Shown piece after piece: positions 52,574-63,017 of a stretch of DNA of 64,000 nucleotides. The notes below the pieces were generated by a model. The model did no database searches, was not told the origin of the DNA, and was given only the letters and a program-made list of their open reading frames with translations. The DNA comes from Glycera tridactyla (lineage: Eukaryota): contig OZ286474.1 in the NCBI GenBank assembly GCA_965644265.1, forward strand, positions 23,498,001-23,562,000. Reading direction: 5' to 3'. How positions within the stretch are numbered: position 1 is the first letter of the stretch; each line of letters begins with the position of its first letter. The position numbers and the translations under genes were made by a program.

Positions 52574-52662
52574 TGTTTGTTTGAGTTTAATGTCGCTTAA
52601 ACCCTGTCTGTTGGATCGACTTTCATATTTTCAACAGTGTAATACTTTACTCTAGTTTGCGA
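52574..52662 (-). mobile_element. Internally deleted micro-fragment of the same I-group LINE
   Basis: Tail + GTTTAATGTCGCTTAAACCC joined directly to TGTCTGTTGGATCGACTTTCAT and ATTTTCAACAGTGTAATACTTTAC, both from the ORF end. Confidence 0.7.
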
Positions 52663-52790
52663 CAGGAGTGTGGGGGTGTGCATAGGTGTGGGTGTGGGTC
52701 TTGACTAGCAAATATAGCCATGACGCTCTAGATAGATCATCTGCACTACAGACTACCTGAGAGAAAAAAAACTGTTAAAAAGCATAAGCA

Positions 52791-53010
52791 AAGATAAGGA
52801 ACAGTGTGTGATTGTCATGTATGATAATTGTATTTGCAATCTTCGCGGCCACCATCATAGCATACATCCTCATCCTTTATATCATGGATGGTGAAGTATT
52901 CGAAAATCAGTTGACAAAGATAAGGAACACTGTGTGATTGTCATGTATGTGAATTTGTATTTGTAATCTTTGCGGCCACTATCATAGCATACATCCTCAT
53001 CATTTCATTC
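52791..53010. repeat. 126-bp-period direct duplication (2 copies)
   Basis: AAGATAAGGAACA...CATACATCCTCATC at 52791 and 52917. Confidence 0.85.
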
Positions 53011-53931
53011 ATTAACATCTCCATCTCATTCTTGTGAATATTCGCAATGTTTCATATTTTATTCATGTTATTCTTCGTTATCCTGAAGGAGATCCAAGGA
53101 GTTCAACTGTATCGGCGAAGTGAAATAGAGATGTTTGAAACAAATCTAATCAAGGCCCATCTGCCTCTTCAGCTCAGTCGAAAATCAGTGAAGAACAATG
53201 GTCATGGTCCATTCAGTGAGCTGGGAAGAGGTCAATGGCGACGATGCGTCCATTTCCGTGTGAAATGACTGAAAGCACAACACAGATATATAGAGTAAGT
53301 GGCGAAGATTCGGAAATTCCAACATGAAGGCGAACGATGGGACCACTTCAATGGTTCTTCGGCAAAATGGTTTGTGAAGGAAATGTGAAGGATGTCGCAA
53401 ATCGTAAACCATTCGTTGTCTTGACAACAATGAAGATAATAATGATTGCAAGCATAATGATAGGATCATTTGTACCGTGCTCTCGATATGAATGCTGACA
53501 TAGAGATTCATCCTTATTCGCTCTTGTTGTCACTAATGATGATGTATCGATACATCCATGGTAGAAGTCCCTTGTAGTCCTCATGGTGAAATAGCGTATA
53601 CTGCTCTCGAGAAGACTATCTCTGAGGATCTTTCCAGAATAAGATATACTGAAATACTCGATGAGCAGAGAACATGATAGCATGACTAACATGGTGTGAT
53701 AGTCAGTGTACTCAAAGTGCATACCTTGGAGTGTATTTAGATGATTCATTGATTGAGTAGGACTTAATGTATCTGCAACCTGGGCGGGATTATTCAAGAC
53801 CGAAGTTATGGGTCTGTTCTGAAACATATTCTAAACATAATTGCACTGAGAAAAATGATTGATTTCAATGACACGATGTGTAACATATTCGATAAGTATA
53901 AAGACAATACTCACGTTGGCTGACATTTGAT

Positions 53932-54807
53932 CTAGTGCAGAACAAGGTTGAGATCATTGAGGTTGACATCACAGAAGGCATAGCCACGGTGGGTGTGGCC
54001 ATATGAGTGTTTGGTACCTGGAGCACAGTGCTGTACAGTAGCTACTTCACCAGAGCAGAAGTGGATGCTGTAGTCATCGAATGTGTATAGGCCATCACGA
54101 GGACAGTAGCCTGTAACACAACATCAAACATTAGTCATTATTCAGGAAGTTTCCCATTAACAGTAAGAATCAGAGAAACACTCTTTTAGGGATAGGTAGA
54201 TATTGTGGCAGCTACCCAAACACATATTCCAGATGGTTTATATCAATATGAATGGGAATTTTTGTCATTGGCTTCCATGGACTCATGCGCAGAAATCTCA
54301 GTTGATCTTTTTTTGGCCACTGATTGACTATAATGATGTGGTATCATGGCTGCTAATGACACATAGAAACCATCCAACCATCCAACCAACCAACCACCCA
54401 ACCTGCCATCTGACCAGCCAGTCAACCAACCAGCCAATGACCAACGAACAAATAAGCCGACTATCTGAGCAACGAACCACACACATGTCCAGCCAGTCAG
54501 CCAACAAATCAATCAACCAACCAGTCAGCAAACCAAATTACCATCCAATCAATGATCTGCTTGACCTACCAACAGGGCAACTTCTCAATCTTCCAGCTTG
54601 AGCACACTCAAACAATTACACATAGAGCAGTTCTGAACACACACTTCAGTCATTAGACTTCGATTCCAAAACATTCTCATTCTCTGGTAACTTACCTGGA
54701 TAATGTCCATAGTAGTCATGGTAGTAATATCCACCATAATAGCGACCATAACTGGCCAAAGTCAGGGCCATCAGACAGGCAAACGTCATCAATGCAAGGG
54801 TCTTCAT
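53932..54807 (-). CDS. B-type secreted Tyr/Gly/His-rich 4-Cys protein, copy B1 (96 aa; exons 54807-54696 + 54110-53932)
   Basis: TATAAAA on - at 54913-54907; MKTLALMTFACLMALTLA-SYGRYYGGYYYHDYYGHYP; phase-1 intron GTAAG...TTACAG; exon 2 GYCPRDGLYTFDDYSIHFCSGEVATVQHCAPGTKHSYGHTHRGYAFCDVNLNDLNLVLH*(TAG). Shares C..DG.Y, FCS.G, CAPGT.HSY and CDVN with the A type and has the same intron phase. Confidence 0.88.
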
Positions 54808-54906
54808 GGTTTCAGTGGTGGACAATGGTGATACCAGGCTTTGGGGGGACGCTGCTTCCTCGGTGAACACAAGAGGCAGAGTGACGGTTCAGGGACAGGC
54901 TGCAGC

Positions 54907-54935
54907 TTTTATACATCTTACAAACTAGGTCGTAC
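54907..54935 (-). promoter_or_regulatory. B1 core promoter (TATAAAA plus CATGTACGACCTAGT block)
   Basis: Same block and spacing as in front of B2 (58125-58156). Confidence 0.55.
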
Positions 54936-55144
54936 ATGTCAAGTTGGCACTACACAGTGCTGGAGAATGAGTAGTTTATTCAGTTACAGTCTGCAAAGTA
55001 AAGACATGACATGACATTCAAATATCAAGGGCACCCGTGGGTCTTCTTTTTGATCATTTTCTCATTCACAATCTCATAGTAAAACTATCATATATTACTG
55101 ATAATCTACAATTTTTCAACGGAATTTCAGTTTCTGTGAGATTG

Positions 55145-55600
55145 TTTCCAGAAATTATCATGCAATTGCATTGCTCATCGAAGGCAGATATGGGCAGACC
55201 CATAAAACATGTTTCTATCTTAAATGGTGCCATATTTACGGCATTTTCTTTTCTTTTTTTACATTTTGATGGCAGCCATCTTGAATTTTGCCTATGTTTG
55301 TTAGACATTTTGGAAATGATCACCCATTTGCATTGTTCATGGGGGATGAATAGAGCCATTAAACATGTCTCTACCTTGATCGGTGCCATTTTTATGGCAT
55401 TTTCTTTGTCTTTTGACATTTTGATGGTGACCATTTCAAATTTCTGGCCTATTTTTGTGGGACTATTTAAAAATTGATCATCACATTGCATTGGTCATTG
55501 AAAGCAGATATGAATAGGGCCATTAAACATGTTTCTATCTGTTGCAATATTTTCTTATTATGATGGCGGATTTCTTGGATTTGGCCAATTTTTGCCAACC
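55145..55600. repeat. Diverged ~160-bp tandem triplet between B1 and B2, possibly internal to a non-autonomous DNA element
   Basis: TTGCATTG...AAACATGT(T/C)TCTA...GATGG recurs at about 55165, 55330 and 55485. Confidence 0.6.
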
Positions 55601-56287
55601 ATTTTTAGAAAATGACTAATCCACCGCATCACACATTTAAAGCTGATATGAATATGTTTTCATCTTGATGGCCACCAAAATTATCGCATATTTTGGATTT
55701 CGGACCTTTTTTGTGGTAGCCATCTTGGATTTGGCCATTTTGGGGCAGTTGCCCAGGTCAAATTTTAGTAAAAGAAATTTCTGGCAATTAGGAGGTGCCA
55801 AAGAAACACATTCCATTGAGAAACCTTTTCTGACAATTTGGTTGAACCCCAACTGTTTATTGACTGGACTATTCGCCTGATCTCTATTAAACTGCGAATT
55901 TTCGCCGACTTGAAGCGAGTTGCGAACATATGTCTTATATTCTTTTCTATAGGCATGCCGTGGGTTGTGCTACGCTTTGCTAAAAAAAGTAAGCATTGCT
56001 ATTAGGCTAGATATGCCATCATTGGTTTCTGTTGTGTAGGTAGAGCTACTTCCACTTAACAACCTGTAATCATCTTGTGTTCGGGGTTTGTGTAAGCAGT
56101 GTCAGCAGGAAACAAAGCATCCAGCTTCCAATTGACCAAGAACACGCGGCATACGTAATCATCTGGGTTGATACATGCCGTCAAACGTCAAACAAACAAA
56201 CCATTCCACTGCATGATGCGTCACTCGTGAACAACGGATAATAAACGCGGACGATCTCCGTCCCATCCCGTGTAAATTGTACAGAAG

Positions 56288-56818
56288 CACCTACCTCCTC
56301 ACAATTCTTCACCCACCACCTCATAATTCTTCACGACCTACTCACAATTCTTCACCTACCTCCTCATAATTCTTCACCTACCTTCTCATAATTCTTGACC
56401 AACTTACTCATAATTCTTCACCTACCTCCTCACAATTCTTCACCTACCTCCTCACGATTCTTCACCTACCTCCTCACAATTCTTCACCTACCTCCTCACG
56501 ATTCTTCACCTACCACCTCATAATTCCTCACCTACCTACTCACAATTCTTCACCTACCTCCTCACAATTCTTCACCTACCTCCTCACAATTCTTCACCTA
56601 CCTCCTCACAATTCTTCACCTACCTACTCACAATTCTTCACCTACCTCCTCACAATTTTTCACCTACCTCCTCATAATTCTTCACCTACCTCCTCATAAT
56701 TCTTCACTCGACTCCTCATAATTCTTCACCTACCTTCTCACAATTCTTCACCAACTTACTCACAATTCTTCACCAACCTCCTGAAAATTCTTCACCTACC
56801 TCCTCATAATTCTCCACC
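56288..56818. repeat. 22-bp minisatellite, about 24 units
   Basis: Unit CACCTACCTCCTCACAATTCTT; decayed echoes at 57100-57180. Confidence 0.95.
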
Positions 56819-56929
56819 AAGATTACCATAACTCTTCTCCTTCCCCTCTCACAAATCGGTACGTGGCTTAATAAATCTTGACCTACCTGCTCATGATCCT
56901 TCAATGTCCTCTTCCATATTTTGCAACTA

Positions 56930-57089
56930 CAGTCGAACCTGTCTAAAACGACCGCCTTCGGTCGCATCAAAAAGTGGTCTTTATAGGAAGGTGGTCTTTA
57001 TAGAGAGGTCATTTACTGTTGAAAATACTACCACGGTCGCAGCTTAGGTGGTCTTCATAGAGAGGTGGTCTTTAAAGCAGGTTCGACTG
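56930..57089. mobile_element. Tc1/mariner-type MITE (TA TSD)
   Basis: Perfect 12-bp TIR CAGTCGAACCTG/CAGGTTCGACTG flanked by TA; internal GGTGGTCTTTATAG repeats. Confidence 0.88.
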
Positions 57090-57539
57090 TACCTCTTCAA
57101 AAATCTTCATTTACATCATCATCTTTCTTCACCTACCTTGCCTTAATCCTAAAAAGTCTTCACCTACATTTTCATAATCCTTCATTTGATAGCATACTAT
57201 TCTTGAATATGGCCAGAGATGACGCTATGATAATTGAAAATTCGTACATGTAATCCATATAATTGACGAACGAGCTACGCGGAGGAGAAACATGAGCTGA
57301 GGCCATTCAAATTTCTGCACGATGTCTGAGACGACTTCTTCGGACCATAATTCTTCTAGCTTTGACGGATTTTTGGAGGGAGATACTATGATAAAAATGC
57401 ACATTTCGGACAATGGCGATTGTTGCCCGATATATGGGTGCATAATCCGTTGCCATGATGCATCTTGTCCGTGTTCATTCGGTGCGCTCATGTATTGTCC
57501 GAAGTCCGAAGTACTGACCGAAAAGCAGGAAATTACCGT

Positions 57540-57710
57540 TTGTTTGTTTGTTTTGTTGGGGGTTTAACGTCACGTCAGCTCCATCTGGGCTATATCGTGA
57601 CGCCCATGCAATGAGCATGGGTGGGATCATTCAAGACTCCTCCTTCTGGGTCCCCAACAGAAGGCGAAAATTTATGAAATTCACAGACACTCAAGGTGTC
57701 ATTTCTGGAT
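57540..57710 (-). mobile_element. ~165-bp SINE-like retroposon, family S1 (other copies: 4322-4486, ~34430-34545, ~35638-35806, ~50870-51010, 57850-58003, ~59748-59910; older copies in intron 1 of all A genes)
   Basis: TSDs CAGGAAATTACCGT (57526-57539/57711-57724), GGATATGCATGAA (57837-57849/58004-58016), GCTGATT(T/C)CTCA (4310-4321/4487-4498); (CAAA/CCAA)n tail; no tRNA A/B boxes seen. Confidence 0.8.
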
Positions 57711-58124
57711 CAGGAAATTACCGTGAGAAATAACATCAATGAAAAATCATGGTGGCGACATATCTTGCCAATATTTCCACAGTAAACTTCGACATATATT
57801 TGAATGCAGCTTATATTTGGAGCTTGCTCCATGGTCGGATATGCATGAATCAGCTGGTTTGTTCTGATTTAACGTCACGTCAGCTCCATTCGTGCTATAT
57901 TGTGACGCCCATGGAATGGGCATGGGTGGGATCATTCAAGACTTCTTCTGGTTTCCGAACAGAGAGTGAAAATTCACAGACACCCAAGGTGTCATTTTCT
58001 CAGGGATATGCATGAACATGGAAACCACAAACCGACATATTCGGATGATGAAGTGACCTGTATGTGTCTGACTGAATATATCTGAATAAAATGGTCACTG
58101 TTTCGACATGGTGTGCCAAAGCCA

Positions 58125-58156
58125 CATGTACGACCTAGTGTGTTAGGTGTATAAAA
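58125..58156 (+). promoter_or_regulatory. B2 core promoter (CATGTACGACCTAGT block plus TATAAAA)
   Basis: Conserved with the B1 promoter in inverted orientation. Confidence 0.55.
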
Positions 58157-58252
58157 GCTGCCACCTATCCCTCGACCATCACCCTGCCTCTTGTGTTCAC
58201 TGTGGAAGCAGCATCTCGGAGCCTGGTGTCATCCTCCTACATCACTGGAACC

Positions 58253-59322
58253 ATGAAGACCCTTGCATTGGTGACGTTTGCCTGTGTGATGGCCCTGACC
58301 ATGGCCAGTTATGGTTACAATCGTGGTGGATATGGTAGCTATTATGGTGGATATTACTACCATGACTACTATGGACATTACCCAGGTGAGTTACCAGAGA
58401 ATGAGGATACAGTCAAACCTCTCTATAAAGACCGCCTTCGGTTGCATAAAAAGTGGCCTTTATAGGGAGGTGGTCTTTATAGAGAGGTCATTTACTGTTG
58501 AAGATGCTACCATCGGTCGCAGCACAGGGTGGTCTTTATAGGGAGGTGATCTTTATAGAGAGGTGGTCTTTAGAGGAGGTTCGACTGTATATTGCAATGG
58601 ACGTCTCATGGCTGAAGTCTGAGGATGGATGAATGTTTTGTTGGATGGTTTTTGGTTTGCCGATCAGTTGGTTGATTGATTTGTTGACTGACTGGCGGGA
58701 TATTTGGCTTGTTCACTGGTTGGATCTCACTTGGCTTTCTGGTCAGTTGGCTGAAAGGTTGACTGGCAGGCTGGCTGGCTAGTTGGCTAGATGGCTGGTT
58801 GGTTGGTTGGTTGGTTGGTTGGTTGGTTGGTTGGTTAGTTGGTGGGTTAGTTAGCTGATTGGTCGTTGGCTGGTTGAATGATTAGTATGTGTCACGAGCA
58901 CCCATGATGCAATATCGTGATACTGATTCAGTGGCCAAAAACAAGATATCGACTGAGATTTTGTTTCATGAGTCCCTGAAAGCCAACAACAACTAGATCA
59001 ATCAGCATTGGTATAAGCTATCTGAAATATGCATCTCGACAGCTATCACAATATCTACTATCTATCAAAAAAGGGTATCTCTCACTCTTACTATCAATGG
59101 AAAATTTCCTGAAAAATGAGTAATGTTTGACATTGGGTTGTAGGCTACTGTCCTCGTGATGGTCTATACACATTCGATGACTACAGCATTCACTTCTGCT
59201 CTGGTGAAGTAGCTACTGTACAGCACTGTGCTCCAGGTACCAAGCACTCATATGGCCACACCCACCGTGGCTATGCCTTCTGTGATGTTAACCTCAATGA
59301 CCTCAACCTGGTTCTGCACTGA
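58253..59322 (+). CDS. B-type copy B2 (103 aa; exons 58253-58385 + 59144-59322)
   Basis: TATAAAA 58150; MKTLALVTFACVMALTMA-SYGYNRGGYGSYYGGYYYHDYYGHYP; GTGAGT donor 58386, TTGTAG acceptor 59143; exon 2 protein identical to B1, stop TGA. Confidence 0.88.
58410..58587. mobile_element. Tc1/mariner-type MITE (TA TSD) in intron 1 of B2
   Basis: TA-CAGTCAAACCT...AGGTTCGACTG-TA; absent from the B1 intron. Confidence 0.88.
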
Positions 59323-60653
59323 ATCAGTCGACAGCCCCATGCCATGGTAACGTGAGTATTACCTCGCCCTATCTCCATCAAATATATTATCATATTTAGA
59401 TCCAACAGCTACCTTTTGAGAGAGGTGTATGTATTTAAAATCATTTACTGCATATATTAGGGATGATCACAATGCACCAGCGAGACTGAAGTTTGGTTGA
59501 TTCTAATACATATAGTCTGAAAATATTGGAACAAAAATCTGTTTTGGGTGTTTTCCTCTGGTTTTTCTCATTTCGTCTTCATGAAAAAATATTGGCTGAT
59601 TAATAGAGGAATCCGTCCTGAGAACTTCCCCATAACTTCCACCAAGATGAATCGGTTCCTGGTACTGCAGAAGTTTAAACAATCCTGATTGTGATCATTG
59701 CATTCTTCATCACCAAGATATATAGTGATGTATGACTTTCCAAATTGGTTGGTTATTCGGTTGTTCGTCTCAGGTCCCTTCAGTACCATTTCGGCTATAT
59801 CGAGACGCCCATATGATGGAAATGTTCGAAATCATCCAAGACTTCTACTGGGCTCCTATTAGAGAATAAAAATTTATTAAATTCACATATACCTAAGATG
59901 TCATTTCTTGATATGAGTCTCCAAAATCCACCCAATAGTTTCAGTGGACTTCCACTTAATCCGATTTTCTTTAAAAACTCACTAAAACACAGGTCTGGTT
60001 CACCTCTTTGCTCCTAGTTTTTGTGACCTTCGTAATATCCAAATTATGTGCCTGTTTTATTAGTTCAGTGATTGCACATGAGAGTGGACATTTCATCACC
60101 TTCGACCTTGTTACAGCTCATGGGATGGATCCTGACCATGGTGATGCAGATATTCGAGTGAGCCAAGGAGGCAGGGGATCACAGGAATGAGATACCACTC
60201 GAACATAATGATTCTGATTTGCATCTGACAAATTTGATCTTGAGGTCGACAAAATAAAGCATTTTTGAAATAACAAATCTTTCTCACTCATGTCTGCTCC
60301 TCAGTTGTGTTTACACCCCCTTGATATTTGCATGTCGTTTGTGCAATCATTGATGTCATCGATAATCAATCCTATTCAGAATCTGTGATGAACAGATATG
60401 ATACATTCATGACATGTCTGAATTTGAATTGTGAATTCAACTCTAGCTCCAGAAGAAAGTTGCAAGGTCATCAACTGTCAAACTCCAGGTCTTGGTCAGA
60501 AGTGCAGCATTTTAATTTTTGGGAATGGAATATCAAATGAAGATTATTCGTGATTCAACAAATGAGAATCCCCAAGAGTTGCAATAGAGCAAAGTATTAT
60601 TTCTCATCGATTCATGAGGGGACTTGTTTGTTTGGTTTTGGTTTGACGTTATT

Positions 60654-63017
60654 CCAACCTCACTGAACATTATCGGGGGAAGATGCTGAAGATCCAACCT
60701 CACTGAACATTATCAGGGGGAAAATGCTGAAGATCCAACCTCACTGAACATTATCGGGGGAAGATGCTGAAGATCCAACCTCACTGAACATTATCGGGGG
60801 AAAATGCTGAAGATCCAACCTCACTGAACATTATCGGGGGAAGATGCTGAAGATCCAACCTCACTGAACATTATCGGGGGGAAATGCTGAAGATCCAACC
60901 TCACTGAACATTATCGGGGGAAGATGCTGAAGATCCAACCTCACTGAACATTATCAGGGGGAAGATGCTGAAGATCCAACCTCACTGAACATTATCAGGG
61001 GTTTGTTTTGTTTGTTTGTTTGTTTTAGTTTAACGTCACTTATACCCGCTTGGGTTATATCGGACTGAAAAAATGAAAATGCTGAAGAAAAAGAGTCACT
61101 GCATGCCGGGGGCCGTCCCTACTCTTTTCGAAAGACAGCAGTGGATCTTTAACGTGCGTGAAGGAAAAGGCTCCTAAATACACGGCCGGCCTTTGATATC
61201 CCAGTCGGCATGCAATGGGTTAGCATGCACAGGATTCATATTTGTCTAAATATTCCCAATTCATGCAAATAACCAAATATCTCTGTTGGATCAACTTTCA
61301 TGAAAAGTTGTGTCATATTTTCTACATTGTAATACTTTACTCTAGTTTGCGATAGTTTTCTACAGTCGAGCAATAAATGTTTGACAGTGAGATGGCATCC
61401 GCATGCAAAGCAATTAGGATTGCCTTGTTTTTTTAGAAGGTGTGAATGGGTGAGATATGTATGTCCTATCCTCAGACGGGAAAGTACTATCTCCTCTCTT
61501 CTATTCATAGTTCTCACGGGGAATCTGTCCACCAGTTTTGGTCTGATGTGATATAATTTATTTCACTTTCATTCTGCCAGAGTTGGTCTATATAGAGCTT
61601 TATTCTTGGCTTGAAGTCAGAATAATGGATTTCCATCTCAGTGACTGGCAAACCTAGAGCCCTTTTGGCCGCTTTATTGGCTTCCTCATTTCCAGGAATT
61701 CCGATATGGCTCGGAATCCAGCAAAGTCTGACAGTCTTTTGATGATCTTTGATCATTTGATACTCTTGCAAGATTTGCAAGAGTATACAGTTCCTGAGAT
61801 TTCCCTGCAAGGCCTGCAGAGATGACAGGGAGTCTGTGAAAATTATGAACTTTTGTTTTTCCGACCTTGATAAGTATTTGAAAGCCATTAGTAAGGCCCT
61901 TAGTTCAGCTGAGAACACTGTCGACCAATCAGGTAATCTACAGTAATAAGTTTGTGATTCTGTATAAACAGCTGCAGATGCTTTGCTGTCACATTTGGAT
62001 CCATCTGTGAAGATGGCCTCATGATCACTATAACGTGACCTAATCTCTAGGTATCTACTTTTGTATAGCGATGGGTTGGTGTTCTCCTTTGTGGACTGGG
62101 TCAAGTCTAGATGTATTTGTGGAATGTCACAGTTCCAGTCCGCAATCTGAGCAGGATCCATCTGTGATATTAGGAGTGTGTCAAAGTCACAACTTCCAAA
62201 GTGATTTTCGAATCTTATTCCAAGAGGAGCAATGACATGGAGATTTTCTTGAAATTCCTGTTTATATTTAGGCCTGAAGACACTCTCATGTGTTGGATTC
62301 GATGGGTTTGCTTTCAATTTCAGACAGTACTGGAGACCTAACTTTATCCTTCGTAGATGAAGTGAAGGTTCATTGGCTTCCACATGTAGGCTTTCAGTAG
62401 GTGATGTCCGAAAAGCTCGGAGGCATATGCGTAAGGCTTGGTTATGGGCTGTATCAAGCATTTTGAGGTTGGTTGGGCATGCAGATCCATAAATCATGCA
62501 CCCATAATCTAATTTAGATCGAATAAGAGATCTGTAAACCATGAGCAGTGTTTCCCGATCAGCTCCCCAGTCAAGGTGGGATAACACCTTCAGCATGTCA
62601 AGTGCCCGGAGGCATTTGACTTTGAGTTGCTGAATATGGGGTTTGAAAGTCAATCGTCGGTCAAAGACCAGGCCTAGGAACTTTGCTTGTTCCACTACTG
62701 GTATTGCTGATCCACCTAGAAAGAGCTCAGGTTCATCATGATGCCTTGTTGATCTACAGAAATGCATGCAAACTGTTTTGGTTTTAGAACATTATCAGGG
62801 AAGATGCTGAAGATACAACCTCACTGAACATTATCAGGGGGAAGATGCTGAAGATACAACCTCACTGAACATTATCAGGGGGAAGATGCTAAAGATACAA
62901 CCTCACTCAACATTATCAGGGGGAAGATGCTGAAGATACAACCTCACTGAACATTATCAGGGGGAAGATGCTGAAGATACAACCTCACTGAACATTATCA
63001 GGGGGAAGATGCTGAAG
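60654..63017. repeat. 40-bp minisatellite split by a LINE: 60654-61001 (about 8.7 units) and 62787-63017 (about 5.7 units)
   Basis: Unit CCAACCTCACTGAACATTATC(G/A)GGGGAAGATGCTGAAGAT. Confidence 0.96.
61002..62786 (-). mobile_element. 5'-truncated I-group LINE (Nimb/I-like): end of RT, RNase H, C-terminal Cys/His motif, 3' UTR, (AAAC)n tail
   Basis: ORF 61514..62767 has KFLGLVFDRRLTF, IFTDGSK, AEL, FTDSLS, WIPSHIGIPGNE; frameshift to ORF 61236..61532 RLRIGHTYLTH..CFACGCHLTVKHLLLDC; 14-bp GAACATTATCAGGG on both sides (60987-61000, 62787-62800). Confidence 0.92.

Noticed and set aside
57322-57567. ORF MSETTSSDHNSSSFDGF..., faintly like acidic transposase termini
   Set aside because: Too short, no catalytic motifs, and runs into an S1 insertion.
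60654-61001. CRISPR-like appearance of the 36-, 40- and 45-bp arrays
   Set aside because: Units are directly adjacent with no unique spacers, there are no cas genes, and the context is eukaryotic.
61236-62767. Host RNase H gene or active autonomous retrotransposon
   Set aside because: 5'-truncated within RT, frameshifted near 61530-61570, and bounded by a tail and TSD.
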